DNA of 62,291 bases from a virus. The stretch is taken from IMG/VR virus record IMGVR_UViG_3300045988_160201; one strand, given 5' to 3'. Positions 17,368 to 26,007 of this stretch are shown piece by piece; the first letter of the stretch is position 1, and each line of letters opens with the position of its first letter. The notes beneath the pieces are model-generated. The model did no database searches, was not told the DNA's origin, and saw nothing but the letters and a program-made list of their open reading frames with translations. Both the position numbers and the translations under genes were made by a program.

Positions 17368-17401
17368 TTTTGGGGCTTTATAGAAAAAGAATGTATATTT
17401 G
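17368..17401 (+). promoter_or_regulatory. Bacteroidota-type promoter (TTTG -33 element, TATATTTG -7 box)
   Basis: TTTG at 17368-71 and TATATTTG at 17394-401, with a 22-nt spacer. It drives the leader of the antirepressor gene. Confidence 0.5.
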
Positions 17402-17406
17402 CAATA

Positions 17407-17466
17407 CCTTACATAATATCCAATGGCGAGCGGAAGCCTGCCCAAACATATTGCAGGCATTTTTTA
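17407..17466 (+). ncRNA. Candidate ~60-nt sRNA or attenuated leader transcript
   Basis: The predicted start is just downstream of the -7 box. The hairpin gcctgc/gcaggc (17436-41/17453-58) is followed by attttttat. Confidence 0.3.
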
Positions 17467-17502
17467 TGCTTGTTTGTAAAGCGTTGCAATATATACTTAT
17501 TG

Positions 17503-17586
17503 CGGCTGTCACCCCCGTGTGGAGAAGTTAATGCTCTCCCTGCCTTTGGATAGGTGTAAGGTAACGGGACAGGGCAGCCGTTTTTT
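17503..17586 (+). terminator. Branched structure closed by a 6-bp stem plus T6 (second terminator or attenuator before ant)
   Basis: cggctg (17503-08) pairs with cagccg (17575-80), followed by tttttt. Inner hairpins are ggaga/tctcc and cctt/aagg. Confidence 0.45.
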
Positions 17587-17621
17587 ACTTGCCTATAATG
17601 CCATTAAAACCTTATATATCC

Positions 17622-18428
17622 ATGGCAGATTTAGTATTTCAAAACAGTAATGGTAATGATGTTACTACTTCTTTAATCGTTGCACAAGTGTTCGGGAAAG
17701 AACACAAAAATGTAGTGAGAGATATTGAAAACCTCTCATGTTCAGAAAATTTTAATCGGCTCAATTTTGAGCGCATTACCTACAAGGATGCACGAAACAG
17801 AGAACAGACCGCATACGAAATGACCAAAGACGGTTTCAGCTTCCTTGTCATGGGGTACACGGGCACAAAAGCTGGAGAGTTCAAGGAAAGGTTCATCAAC
17901 GAGTTCAACAGACGGGAATTCTTGCTAAAGGATGATGATTACATTTTAATGCGTTCCCAGCAGATTCTACAAAAACGTTTGGAAGCGTCTGAAGAAAAAA
18001 TCAAACAACTTGAATCCCAAGCCGAACAGCAGCAGGAAACTATCGAACTCCAACAGAAAGAACTTACACAATCCGCTCCGAAAGTCAGCTACTACGACAA
18101 CCACTTGCAAAGCGTGAACGCTCTTACCACAACTCAAATAGCAAAAGAGATAGGTATGTCGGCAGAGAAACTGAATAACAAACTGAAAGAACTTGGAATA
18201 CAGTTCAAGCAGTCTGGGCAATGGCTTCTTAAATCGCCCTACGACAAATGGGGTATGCACGAAACGAGAACCAATATTTTCACAAGTGAAAGAGGTAATA
18301 CCCATACCAACACGTATACGGTCTGGACGCAGCGAGGTAGGCGATTTATCATAGCCCTATATGAAAATGATTGGAGCGTGAAGAAAGCTATCAAGCAAAT
18401 AAAAGGTGAGCTGAATCCAGCCGCGTAA
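17622..18428 (+). CDS. ant: Antirepressor, Rha N-terminal domain plus KilAC/ANT C-terminal domain
   Basis: TTSLIVAQVFGKEHKNVVRDIENL matches the Phage_pRha pattern. TTTQIAKEIGMSAEKLNNKLKELGIQ matches the KilA-C pattern. The ATG at 17622 or 17598 is preferred over the TTG at 17589. Confidence 0.85.
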   Translation: MADLVFQNSNGNDVTTSLIVAQVFGKEHKNVVRDIENLSCSENFNRLNFERITYKDARNREQTAYEMTKDGFSFLVMGYTGTKAGEFKERFINEFNRREFLLKDDDYILMRSQQILQKRLEASEEKIKQLESQAEQQQETIELQQKELTQSAPKVSYYDNHLQSVNALTTTQIAKEIGMSAEKLNNKLKELGIQFKQSGQWLLKSPYDKWGMHETRTNIFTSERGNTHTNTYTVWTQRGRRFIIALYENDWSVKKAIKQIKGELNPAA

Positions 18429-18541
18429 TTTGAATTTTACTTATTAATTAATCCAATGTATTCCCCGTCTTGCTTATGGCAGCGGGATGGTTCGTCACAC
18501 CCCTAATAGTTGTGATTTGCAACCGTTACAATTAATTTAAA

Positions 18542-18697
18542 ATGAATTTTATTATGAACAACAAGGATATTGAGGAAATGAAGAAACTGGTTCTTATGGT
18601 GCTGGAGGAGAACAGGATATTGCGTGAGATGCTTGCCAAGGAGTGGGAGCGGGGAGGATGTCATGCTCCCATGACTTTGAGCAAAGGAGGAAAGTGA
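18542..18697 (+). CDS. Micro-ORF, 51 aa; the last 39 aa are duplicated at 35891..36010
   Basis: MNFIMNNKDIEE + MKKLVLMVLEENRILREMLAKEWERGGCHAPMTLSKGGK. Below the ORF-track cutoff, found by eye. Confidence 0.4.
   Translation: MNFIMNNKDIEEMKKLVLMVLEENRILREMLAKEWERGGCHAPMTLSKGGK
18575..18697 (+). repeat. 123-bp direct repeat, copy 1 (122/123 identical to 35888..36010)
   Basis: Direct comparison. The single difference is C18682 versus T35995. The offset is 17,313 bp. Confidence 0.95.
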
Positions 18698-18702
18698 ACG
18701 GG

Positions 18703-18730
18703 AGCCGGCTGTTAACAGCCGGCTTTTTAT
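18703..18730. terminator. Perfect 22-bp palindrome plus T-run (terminator)
   Basis: agccggctgtt/aacagccggct followed by ttttat. It lies between convergent genes. Confidence 0.75.
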
Positions 18731-19380
18731 TCTGTATTACTTGTAGAAGATTCAGGAGTGTGTGAACGTATCAAGGATCTAGCTATTGCAAATTCAGATT
18801 CCGCACCGGTATTTTCATTTATTGAAATATGATAGAGACCGGCTGCATAATATGCCAATGCTCCTGCATATTTGTTATGAAGGTTGATTTCTCCGTTTTC
18901 TGAGATTGAAGGAGTTGGAATATACCTGAGACTGTATCCCCCCTGTTCTTTTACTGCATGGGCAATGATTGACCTCATGGTATCGTTGGTGATGAATGCT
19001 ACCGGTATTGAGGGACCATTACCTACACCGGGAGCTGATGAATATTGTGCGCTGTATAGTGGCGAATTGTCCGGATATAACATAGTGACCGGATATCTCC
19101 ACCCAGTCAGGTTCACACTGACAAGCCTGATATAGTCCGCAGGTATTTTTATGTAGGCAAAAAACAAACCGTCAGGACGTTTCTCGAATGAGATTGAGGA
19201 TGAATCTGTCATTTCCGAAGCTTCGGCCATCACCCCTTCGTCATTCATCAGTGCGAGTAGCGCGAGTCTGATGAACTCTTTTAATGCCTCATCGGTCTCA
19301 ATCGTGAAACTGTCTTCTTCTGTCGCACTCTCATTGATGATTGTGCGTAAAGTCTTTAGTATATCTTTGACAGGTATCAT
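18727..19380 (-). CDS. Hypothetical head or neck-associated protein (217 aa)
   Basis: Last gene of the scaffold-capsid operon. The ATG at 19380 is 5 nt after the upstream stop; the listed start 19431 overlaps by 46 nt. Confidence 0.5.
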   Translation of the reverse strand: MIPVKDILKTLRTIINESATEEDSFTIETDEALKEFIRLALLALMNDEGVMAEASEMTDSSSISFEKRPDGLFFAYIKIPADYIRLVSVNLTGWRYPVTMLYPDNSPLYSAQYSSAPGVGNGPSIPVAFITNDTMRSIIAHAVKEQGGYSLRYIPTPSISENGEINLHNKYAGALAYYAAGLYHISINENTGAESEFAIARSLIRSHTPESSTSNTE

Positions 19381-19385
19381 GAGGC

Positions 19386-19931
19386 TTAGTCTAATGGATA
19401 ATTGGGAAATTGTATGCCGTGTTCTTTGCATAATGAGGACAGAGCCTCCTTATTTCCACATTGCGAGCGCGGTACTTTGAATCTGACCTCAAAAAAATCC
19501 TTCGCTTCAAGGAATGAGGTCACATTTTCAATATCCTCTTGTATGTCTCTGTCTTCTTGAATGCCTTTTTCTTTGGTCGGTTCTGCGCTTTCGGATTCTT
19601 TTTCTTCCTGCTTAGAAGATGCCGGAGGAATATAGGTGCACATCCGCTTTCCAAGGATACTGTATCTTTGTTTTACCTCTGTTTCCTGTAATACGGAATT
19701 TACGTCATTTTCGTCATGTATTACATCTTCATCTTCTTCTATTGTTTCGGTAATGCGTCCTTCCCGATACCATTTGTGCGCCCTGATTTTCTCAGCCAGT
19801 TCTCTATCCGTTGTATGATAGGTTGATTTGCCACGGAAAAAAGCGGAGAAGTTGACGTACATCATCCGTCCGCAGTGAATGACTGCAAATGATAGTGAGG
19901 AGCTCGCAACGAATTTATAAAGTTTCTTCAT
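19386..19931 (-). CDS. Hypothetical protein downstream of the capsid gene (181 aa)
   Basis: Position in the operon. The central region is acidic. Confidence 0.5.
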   Translation of the reverse strand: MKKLYKFVASSSLSFAVIHCGRMMYVNFSAFFRGKSTYHTTDRELAEKIRAHKWYREGRITETIEEDEDVIHDENDVNSVLQETEVKQRYSILGKRMCTYIPPASSKQEEKESESAEPTKEKGIQEDRDIQEDIENVTSFLEAKDFFEVRFKVPRSQCGNKEALSSLCKEHGIQFPNYPLD

Positions 19932-19988
19932 ACATTATTAATAATGATGAGGTGGATTTCTCCACCTCTGATGATGATTAAGGTTCTA

Positions 19989-21482
19989 TTATACAGTCTG
20001 GGATTCAGGAACCGGAATCTCAACATATTCCGGAATGGACAGACGCGCGTGGGCATCTGGGAATCCAAGTGTCCAGCAGGAGAACTCCTGCATGACAACA
20101 GCGTCACTGTTACTTATGAACAGTTCTTTCAGATTGTATGTGCTGCGCTCCCAGTTCTGGAATACCCATTTGTCAAGATATTCAGGATCAAGAGAGAAAC
20201 CTCTTCCGTTGAATCCCCAGGCGTTGAACAGGTCATGGCGGTAAAACAGAAGTTTTGTTCCCATGCTTTCGAATGACTGGAAGTCAAGTCTCCATTTGTT
20301 GTAGTCACGTTCCGGCTCGAAGATACGTGTGCGGTTGTTGGTCTTGATCTTGCATAATGCCGCATAGATGGTATTGTCAACAAATACAAGTTTTGTGCGG
20401 CTTCCGTTACCGGCACCTTCAATGATGCGTCCTACAAGGTCTACAAGCTCATCCTCCGAGATTACATATTGCTGCACATATTTTCCTTCTTCCACCACAG
20501 GATTTCCGGCAGAGTCAAGCACTTTTTCCCAATGTCCGATTTCAAGGTCTTTTCCGGCGCGGTACCAGATACCTTCACAAGTATATACATTGCCTTGTCC
20601 GTTCACTGCATGTTTGCTCTTGATTCCGAACAGTCCGGAGGCTTCCATACCGATACGCATGTCTTCCATTGCCATCCGTTCCACACGTGTGAATGACCAT
20701 TCCACCTCGGTCTTACTCAACCGGTCATAGATAGTCTGCTCTACCTGCATGATAAAACGCTGGCAATATTGTTCGTCCGGTGATGGAAGCTGGTAATACC
20801 TTCCTGTAGACACATCCTTTTCAGCGGCCGCGCGCCCCATTCTTAGAAGGACGGTACCCTTTGCAAGGGTCGGAATAAGATAAGGATTCTTATTGCTTGA
20901 TTGTTTTCCGTTTACGGCATAGACAAGCGGAAGGTTGGTCTCACTGTTGATTGCGTGCACGCGCAGCATCAATGGGTGTTCAGGATCCACTTCATCGGTA
21001 CCGGATTTGTAACCGGAAACAAACGTTCCGTCAGCGTTCAGGACAAGAAGCGTATCCATTGCGCCCACAATGTTATTATCCTCCAGTTCTATCGCTTTCG
21101 GAGTCTCGGTAGTCATGGCTTCAAGCTGCTTGGCAAGGGTAGCCCGTAGCGGACGCTGTCCGACACTGTAGTACTTGATTACGATGCTGTCCGATTTGTT
21201 TGTCGCCCCATGGCGCAGAATCTGATCAATAGGCGTGCCGGTAAACTTCATCTCGACAATTGTCTTGTCGATCTGCTTCACGTACCATTCCGCGTCCATG
21301 ATTTTCTCGTTCTTTGTTACGGAACTTTCCCCGCCTACTACCTTTCCGCCATCCCCTAGATCCTGGACTGAGCCTCCGTCCGAAACATCGGCGGCACATG
21401 CATAACCTCCCCCGGTCGCTCCGGCAAGGAACATGAGCAATACGGAAAAGAAAAATTTGAATGTTGATTTTAACTTTTTCAT
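19989..21482 (-). CDS. Major capsid protein candidate (497 aa)
   Basis: It immediately follows a scaffold-like gene and has a typical size. The N-terminal 30 aa are hydrophobic and signal-like, which is atypical. Confidence 0.55.
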   Translation of the reverse strand: MKKLKSTFKFFFSVLLMFLAGATGGGYACAADVSDGGSVQDLGDGGKVVGGESSVTKNEKIMDAEWYVKQIDKTIVEMKFTGTPIDQILRHGATNKSDSIVIKYYSVGQRPLRATLAKQLEAMTTETPKAIELEDNNIVGAMDTLLVLNADGTFVSGYKSGTDEVDPEHPLMLRVHAINSETNLPLVYAVNGKQSSNKNPYLIPTLAKGTVLLRMGRAAAEKDVSTGRYYQLPSPDEQYCQRFIMQVEQTIYDRLSKTEVEWSFTRVERMAMEDMRIGMEASGLFGIKSKHAVNGQGNVYTCEGIWYRAGKDLEIGHWEKVLDSAGNPVVEEGKYVQQYVISEDELVDLVGRIIEGAGNGSRTKLVFVDNTIYAALCKIKTNNRTRIFEPERDYNKWRLDFQSFESMGTKLLFYRHDLFNAWGFNGRGFSLDPEYLDKWVFQNWERSTYNLKELFISNSDAVVMQEFSCWTLGFPDAHARLSIPEYVEIPVPESQTV

Positions 21483-21547
21483 TGTTCTCGATTTGTTTTT
21501 AAATTTATAAATAAAAGTTGTGATATGAGCCTGAAAGCGATAGACGA

Positions 21548-22306
21548 TTAAATACGTCTCTTCATGCCTTTATAACGTTGTAGGGTAGGATCCTCCACTT
21601 TTTCCTCACCTCCTCCGTTCCCGCCTCCTCCAAGGTCCGTCGGAGCTTTTTCCGCAAGATTCCTGTGTATAGCTCCCGGACGTGCGGTACGTCCCTGTTT
21701 ACGTCCTTCCTCTCGGGCGGCTTCTATTTCCATGTCCATATTGAAGGCATGGATGATTCTTTTCCAGTCTTCCGCATCCAGTTCGTGCCGGATAATTTTA
21801 TGAATGATACCGTCTGTATCCTGTGTTCCGTACAGCCATTCCAACATGGAAACTACATTCGCCTCATCAACATTGACCTGCCGCACAGCTTCTGTCAGTG
21901 CCTCATCTGTTTTGCGCAGCTTCTCTTCCGCATCTCTTTTTCTTTTTTCCTCATCGGCCGCCTCCTTTATCCGGGCAGCTTCTTTCTCTTTTGCTTTTTT
22001 GATGGCCTCTTCCGTTGTTGCAGCTTCCCTGATATCATCCCCGTAATTGGTTATCAGATATTCCACAAGAGAGAACGGTTCACCGTTCTCATCCATGCCG
22101 CTTGCCAGACCGGTCAGGATGCCGGCGGCTCTTGAGTCTTCTGCAAGAACTTTGTTGAGGTTCTCTCTCTGTGATTCACTATCGTCATAACGTTTGAAAG
22201 AGTCATCAAGGAATTCGCCGACAGCGAGGTCGTCCTCAAGGTCGAGGTCCGGATTTCTGGATGAAACAATATCTCTCCATGATTTTCTTTCTTTTTTTTC
22301 TTCCAT
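21548..22306 (-). CDS. Scaffolding protein candidate (252 aa)
   Basis: Highly charged coiled coil (AKEKEAARIKEAADEEKRKRDAEEKLRKTDE). It lies upstream of the capsid gene. Confidence 0.55.
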   Translation of the reverse strand: MEEKKERKSWRDIVSSRNPDLDLEDDLAVGEFLDDSFKRYDDSESQRENLNKVLAEDSRAAGILTGLASGMDENGEPFSLVEYLITNYGDDIREAATTEEAIKKAKEKEAARIKEAADEEKRKRDAEEKLRKTDEALTEAVRQVNVDEANVVSMLEWLYGTQDTDGIIHKIIRHELDAEDWKRIIHAFNMDMEIEAAREEGRKQGRTARPGAIHRNLAEKAPTDLGGGGNGGGEEKVEDPTLQRYKGMKRRI

Positions 22307-22332
22307 GATATGTCATTGTTGTCTTATACTGA

Positions 22333-22340
22333 CAAATTTA
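22333..22340 (-). promoter_or_regulatory. TAnnTTTG -7 box (TAAATTTG on the minus strand) for the scaffold-capsid operon
   Basis: Plus strand reads caaattta. It lies 27 nt upstream of the ATG at 22306. Confidence 0.4.
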
Positions 22341-22417
22341 GTAGTATTAGTTCAAGCCGGATTGATATAATGCAATCTACTGGAAGTACATTCGCTATCA
22401 TTTAAACAGGAGGTCAC

Positions 22418-22813
22418 ATGAAGCACAAGGGAAATATCAGCGAAATACAATTAATAAGGAACAAGGAGATTGTACGTACATTCATTGAATTGAAAAAGAC
22501 GTGTACATTCTCTTACTACAAGGATATATGCAAGGAAATTGCGGGTATGAAGGCGAAGCAGCATTATGTCAGTGAGGACCGGGCTTACGTGATCTTATAC
22601 AGATATCTGACTGAAGGTAATATACCTGATTGCAGTCTGTATAAATATGAAATGTATTCCAGCCTGATCCGCTGTTGCCTTGATATCATGAAAAAAAAAT
22701 CGGAGGCAAATCTCCGTCTTATCGTAAGACTTGCGATAGAGAGACCTTCTGATTCATTTGGGATAAGTCCTGACCGTATACAGCATATTTTATGGAAAGC
22801 TGGGATGAAATAG
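22418..22813 (+). CDS. Hypothetical protein (131 aa), first gene of the terL operon
   Basis: ORF with helical, HTH-like character. It occupies the region where a small terminase is often found, but no motif was recognised. Confidence 0.5.
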   Translation: MKHKGNISEIQLIRNKEIVRTFIELKKTCTFSYYKDICKEIAGMKAKQHYVSEDRAYVILYRYLTEGNIPDCSLYKYEMYSSLIRCCLDIMKKKSEANLRLIVRLAIERPSDSFGISPDRIQHILWKAGMK

Positions 22814-22823
22814 GTATATCGCT

Positions 22824-23261
22824 ATGAAAATGAGATATTCCATGGGGCTTTACTTGTGCATGACCGTGTTGTTGCCGTATCATGAATTCCTGTCAGGAAG
22901 TCACTGGCTTTATATGTTCGGACATGCCGGATGGCTTCATTATCTTTTGAACGGGATGGCATGGGCTTTTCTATGGAAGGTGATAACCCCTGCACGGACG
23001 CTGGTCGCATGGATGTTCGCTGTCGGAATATCATTTTTCATTCCTTCCGGCAGTCCTGTGATCGGATGGAGTGTCATTATCTACTATTATACGGGCTTGT
23101 GCCTGTCCTCCATGGATGGGGGAAGGCGTAACAGGCTGTTTGCCATAACCGCTCTCGGTTTCTTTCTGCCGCATATTGCGGGTGGATATCATGCGGCTAT
23201 GCTGGCGGCCGGATGGATATTGCGTAAACTGGAGGTTGGATGGCAAAGAACATTAAAATAA
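22824..23261 (+). CDS. Mini rhomboid-like polytopic membrane protein (145 aa)
   Basis: GHAGWLHYLLNG carries the H-x4-H-x3-N TM2 motif. IGWSVIIY is a GxS TM4-like motif. LPHIAGG is an AHxxG TM6-like motif. The gene overlaps the terL start by 22 nt. Confidence 0.45.
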   Translation: MKMRYSMGLYLCMTVLLPYHEFLSGSHWLYMFGHAGWLHYLLNGMAWAFLWKVITPARTLVAWMFAVGISFFIPSGSPVIGWSVIIYYYTGLCLSSMDGGRRNRLFAITALGFFLPHIAGGYHAAMLAAGWILRKLEVGWQRTLK

Positions 23262-25408
23262 ACCATATAGAAACTCTTTTCTCAGCTGTTGTCATAAGGA
23301 ATGCGGAGGAGATGATCCGCAGGAACCGTGAGCGGGAAGCGGAACTGTTCAAGTCCTACAACCCGTTGACAGGGGAGAACGCTCCCGGAAAACGGAAGAG
23401 GATATATCTGGATGATTTTATAAATTCATCTGTTTTCCTTCCTATCGAGATGTTCTCCACCGGTTTTATCTATAAACTGGATCTTGCCGGAAGTATAGAG
23501 GAGTTCTGCTGGCAGACATACGGGGAATATAATGAGGATCTTCGTAATACTGTCATTCAGGAGTTTCTCCGTTACTGGGCCAAATACGACTTTTATTTCT
23601 ATTGTTATGCGTATGCGCGTATCAAAAACAAAGAAGGAGGGGAGGATGTGCCTTTCCTGCTACGTCCGGCGCAGGTAAAGCTGGCTGAGACGTTTGAAAG
23701 GATGCGCCGTGCCGGCAAGCCTATCCGTGTCATATTGTTGAAGGCCCGCCAGTGGGGGGGATCCACATGCACACAGATATACATGTCATGGATACAGATA
23801 ATGCATGTGAAGAGCTGGAACAGCATCATTGTCGGACATCAAGGGGACAGTGCGGCTGAAGTTAAGGATATGTATGTCAAGCTCATAACCCAACTTCCTG
23901 AATTCCTTTTTTATGAAGAAGGGGTGGAGTTTGACGGCTCTCTTCCGAAGATCAAGGGAGGAGGAACTTCCAACATAAGCCTTATACCTTCCCGGAACTG
24001 CAAAATCAAGACGGCAACCGCGATGAATCCGGAGGGTGCCCGTGGTGGTGATTCGGCCATGGCGCATTGTACGGAGGTGGCGTTTTGGCCTCAGACGGAA
24101 AAGATGGATCCGCAAAAACAGGTGAAATCATCCTGTTCGGGAATCCTGTACAAACCGTATACGATGATTGTGTATGAAAGCACGCCGAACGGGCAGAATT
24201 TCTACAAGGATGAATGGGATCGTGCCAATGGAACGGATGATCATGGGGAGAGACTGTCCGCATTCGAGCCGTTGTTTGTCGCATGGTGGGAGATAGAGGA
24301 ATACCGTCTCGATCCGGAAGATATGCTGGAATGGGCCTGTACCCTGATAGAAAGGCGTAACGATAAGTCCGGAAACTGGGACTATATGTACTGGCTGTGG
24401 ACTATTGGAGCGACATTGCAAGGCATCTACTGGTACAGGCAGAAGATGAAGGAGTATGCGGACATACAGGACATGCAGCAGGAGTATCCGTCCGATCCGG
24501 TGGAGGCATTCAAGTATTCCGGGCAGCTTGTATTTGACATTTACAAGGTAGAACAACTCAGAAGGTTCTGCCGTGAGCCGGTATTCCAGGGGGATATTTC
24601 CGGAAAATCCCCGAAAGGTGAACAGGCTGTCGAAGGGCTGAAACTGTTCAGGCGTAAAGGAGGGGAATTGAAAATATGGGAGATGCCAGACAAGACATGG
24701 AGGTTGGAAAACCGCTACTTTGTGTCAGTTGATATCGGGGGGAAATATAGGACGAGTGATTACTCTGTGATTACTGTGCTGGACCGCGCGGATATGATGG
24801 CCGATAGCGGAGTGCTCAATGAGGACGCTGGACCGCGTGTGGTGGCGGAATGGTACGGGCATACAGATCCGGACCTGCTTGCGATCAAATGTGCGCAGAT
24901 TGCGTCATTCTATAACAATGCTCTGCTCATTGTCGAGAACAACACGGCTTACAGTAAGCTTAATGATGTAGACACAGACAACGTCAGCGAATTGTTCTTT
25001 CCCATTCTTATCCCTCTTTATGATAATGTATATGCGCATAATCGGAGCGAGTTGGAAAAAAGGAGCCAGAAAGAAACCAGATGGGGGTTTAATACCAACC
25101 GTAATACAAAAGTGGCCATTATTAAGTATATGGAACAGTGTGTGCGTGACAAACTGTGGATAGAGCGTGAAACCGGAATGATAAAGGAATTGGGATGGTA
25201 CATGAAATATCCGAACGGCAAATACGGCGCGCTTGCGGGGAAGCATGATGATCGGGTAATGAGCAGGGCAATAGGATTATACGTGAGCCGTTTTGAATGG
25301 GACAGATATCCGGTGAGGGTGTTGCCCACTATGGAAGAGAAAATGAATAACATGAAACGCCTCAACAGGTCGGCGACGGGTGCGGAGGCTATATTATATA
25401 AAAATTAG
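23240..25408 (+). CDS. terL: Terminase large subunit
   Basis: Walker A-like LLKARQWGGST. Also IVYESTPNG, the nuclease Asp region VSVDIGGKYRTSDYSVITVLD, and the C-terminal GKHDDRVMSRAIG. Confidence 0.85.
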   Translation: MAKNIKINHIETLFSAVVIRNAEEMIRRNREREAELFKSYNPLTGENAPGKRKRIYLDDFINSSVFLPIEMFSTGFIYKLDLAGSIEEFCWQTYGEYNEDLRNTVIQEFLRYWAKYDFYFYCYAYARIKNKEGGEDVPFLLRPAQVKLAETFERMRRAGKPIRVILLKARQWGGSTCTQIYMSWIQIMHVKSWNSIIVGHQGDSAAEVKDMYVKLITQLPEFLFYEEGVEFDGSLPKIKGGGTSNISLIPSRNCKIKTATAMNPEGARGGDSAMAHCTEVAFWPQTEKMDPQKQVKSSCSGILYKPYTMIVYESTPNGQNFYKDEWDRANGTDDHGERLSAFEPLFVAWWEIEEYRLDPEDMLEWACTLIERRNDKSGNWDYMYWLWTIGATLQGIYWYRQKMKEYADIQDMQQEYPSDPVEAFKYSGQLVFDIYKVEQLRRFCREPVFQGDISGKSPKGEQAVEGLKLFRRKGGELKIWEMPDKTWRLENRYFVSVDIGGKYRTSDYSVITVLDRADMMADSGVLNEDAGPRVVAEWYGHTDPDLLAIKCAQIASFYNNALLIVENNTAYSKLNDVDTDNVSELFFPILIPLYDNVYAHNRSELEKRSQKETRWGFNTNRNTKVAIIKYMEQCVRDKLWIERETGMIKELGWYMKYPNGKYGALAGKHDDRVMSRAIGLYVSRFEWDRYPVRVLPTMEEKMNNMKRLNRSATGAEAILYKN

Positions 25409-25415
25409 TAACATT

Positions 25416-25901
25416 ATGGGAAAAATTAAGTTGTTTTTGAAGGCGGTAAAAAGCCTTGTGCAGAAACGCAGGATCGCAAGTCTGTGGAAGTCCAGCTTGT
25501 TATTGAAAAAGGCGATAGAAGAGGCTGAGGAAAAGAATAAACAGGACGGAAGGCGTTATTTTGTCATATGGGATCCTGCACAACAGAAGCTCATCTCTAT
25601 CACTTATGATTATTATAAGGACAGGTGGGACAGTTATAAATATCTTTTTCATCGGGGAAGGTTCCGTATGCGAATGAACCGAGGGCAGTTGAAAGAGATG
25701 TGCTTTTATTACACGAAAAGCAAGAACGGCTCACCTTCCTGTCAGGACGAGGAAAGAAAGGAGAAAATGATAGAATGGCAGAATTATTATCATCGTCTGC
25801 TGGTTAGTGACAGGATTCGTGTTATTTCTCGTTGCTGGAATTTAAAGTCATTATGGAAGAAGATAACTTTGCGCTCAAATAAAATAGCACATAGGTATTA
25901 G
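25416..25901 (+). CDS. Hypothetical basic protein (161 aa)
   Basis: The ATG at 25416 lies after the terL stop. The protein is Lys/Arg-rich. Confidence 0.5.
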   Translation: MGKIKLFLKAVKSLVQKRRIASLWKSSLLLKKAIEEAEEKNKQDGRRYFVIWDPAQQKLISITYDYYKDRWDSYKYLFHRGRFRMRMNRGQLKEMCFYYTKSKNGSPSCQDEERKEKMIEWQNYYHRLLVSDRIRVISRCWNLKSLWKKITLRSNKIAHRY

Positions 25902-25912
25902 TTTAAGGTTTT

Positions 25913-25950
25913 AGGGACTCGGGCTTGTGAAAGTCTGAGTCCCTTTTATT
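25913..25950 (+). terminator. Intrinsic terminator
   Basis: agggactc/gagtccct stem followed by tttatt. Confidence 0.7.
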
Positions 25951-25978
25951 ATATACATTTCATTGTGAAGCTCTTGCT

Positions 25979-25986
25979 TATCTTTG
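25979..25986 (+). promoter_or_regulatory. TAnnTTTG -7 box (TATCTTTG) for the fibre operon
   Basis: Lies 22 nt upstream of the ATG at 26008. Confidence 0.4.
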
Positions 25987-26007
25987 AATAATAAAAAATA
26001 TATTTAT

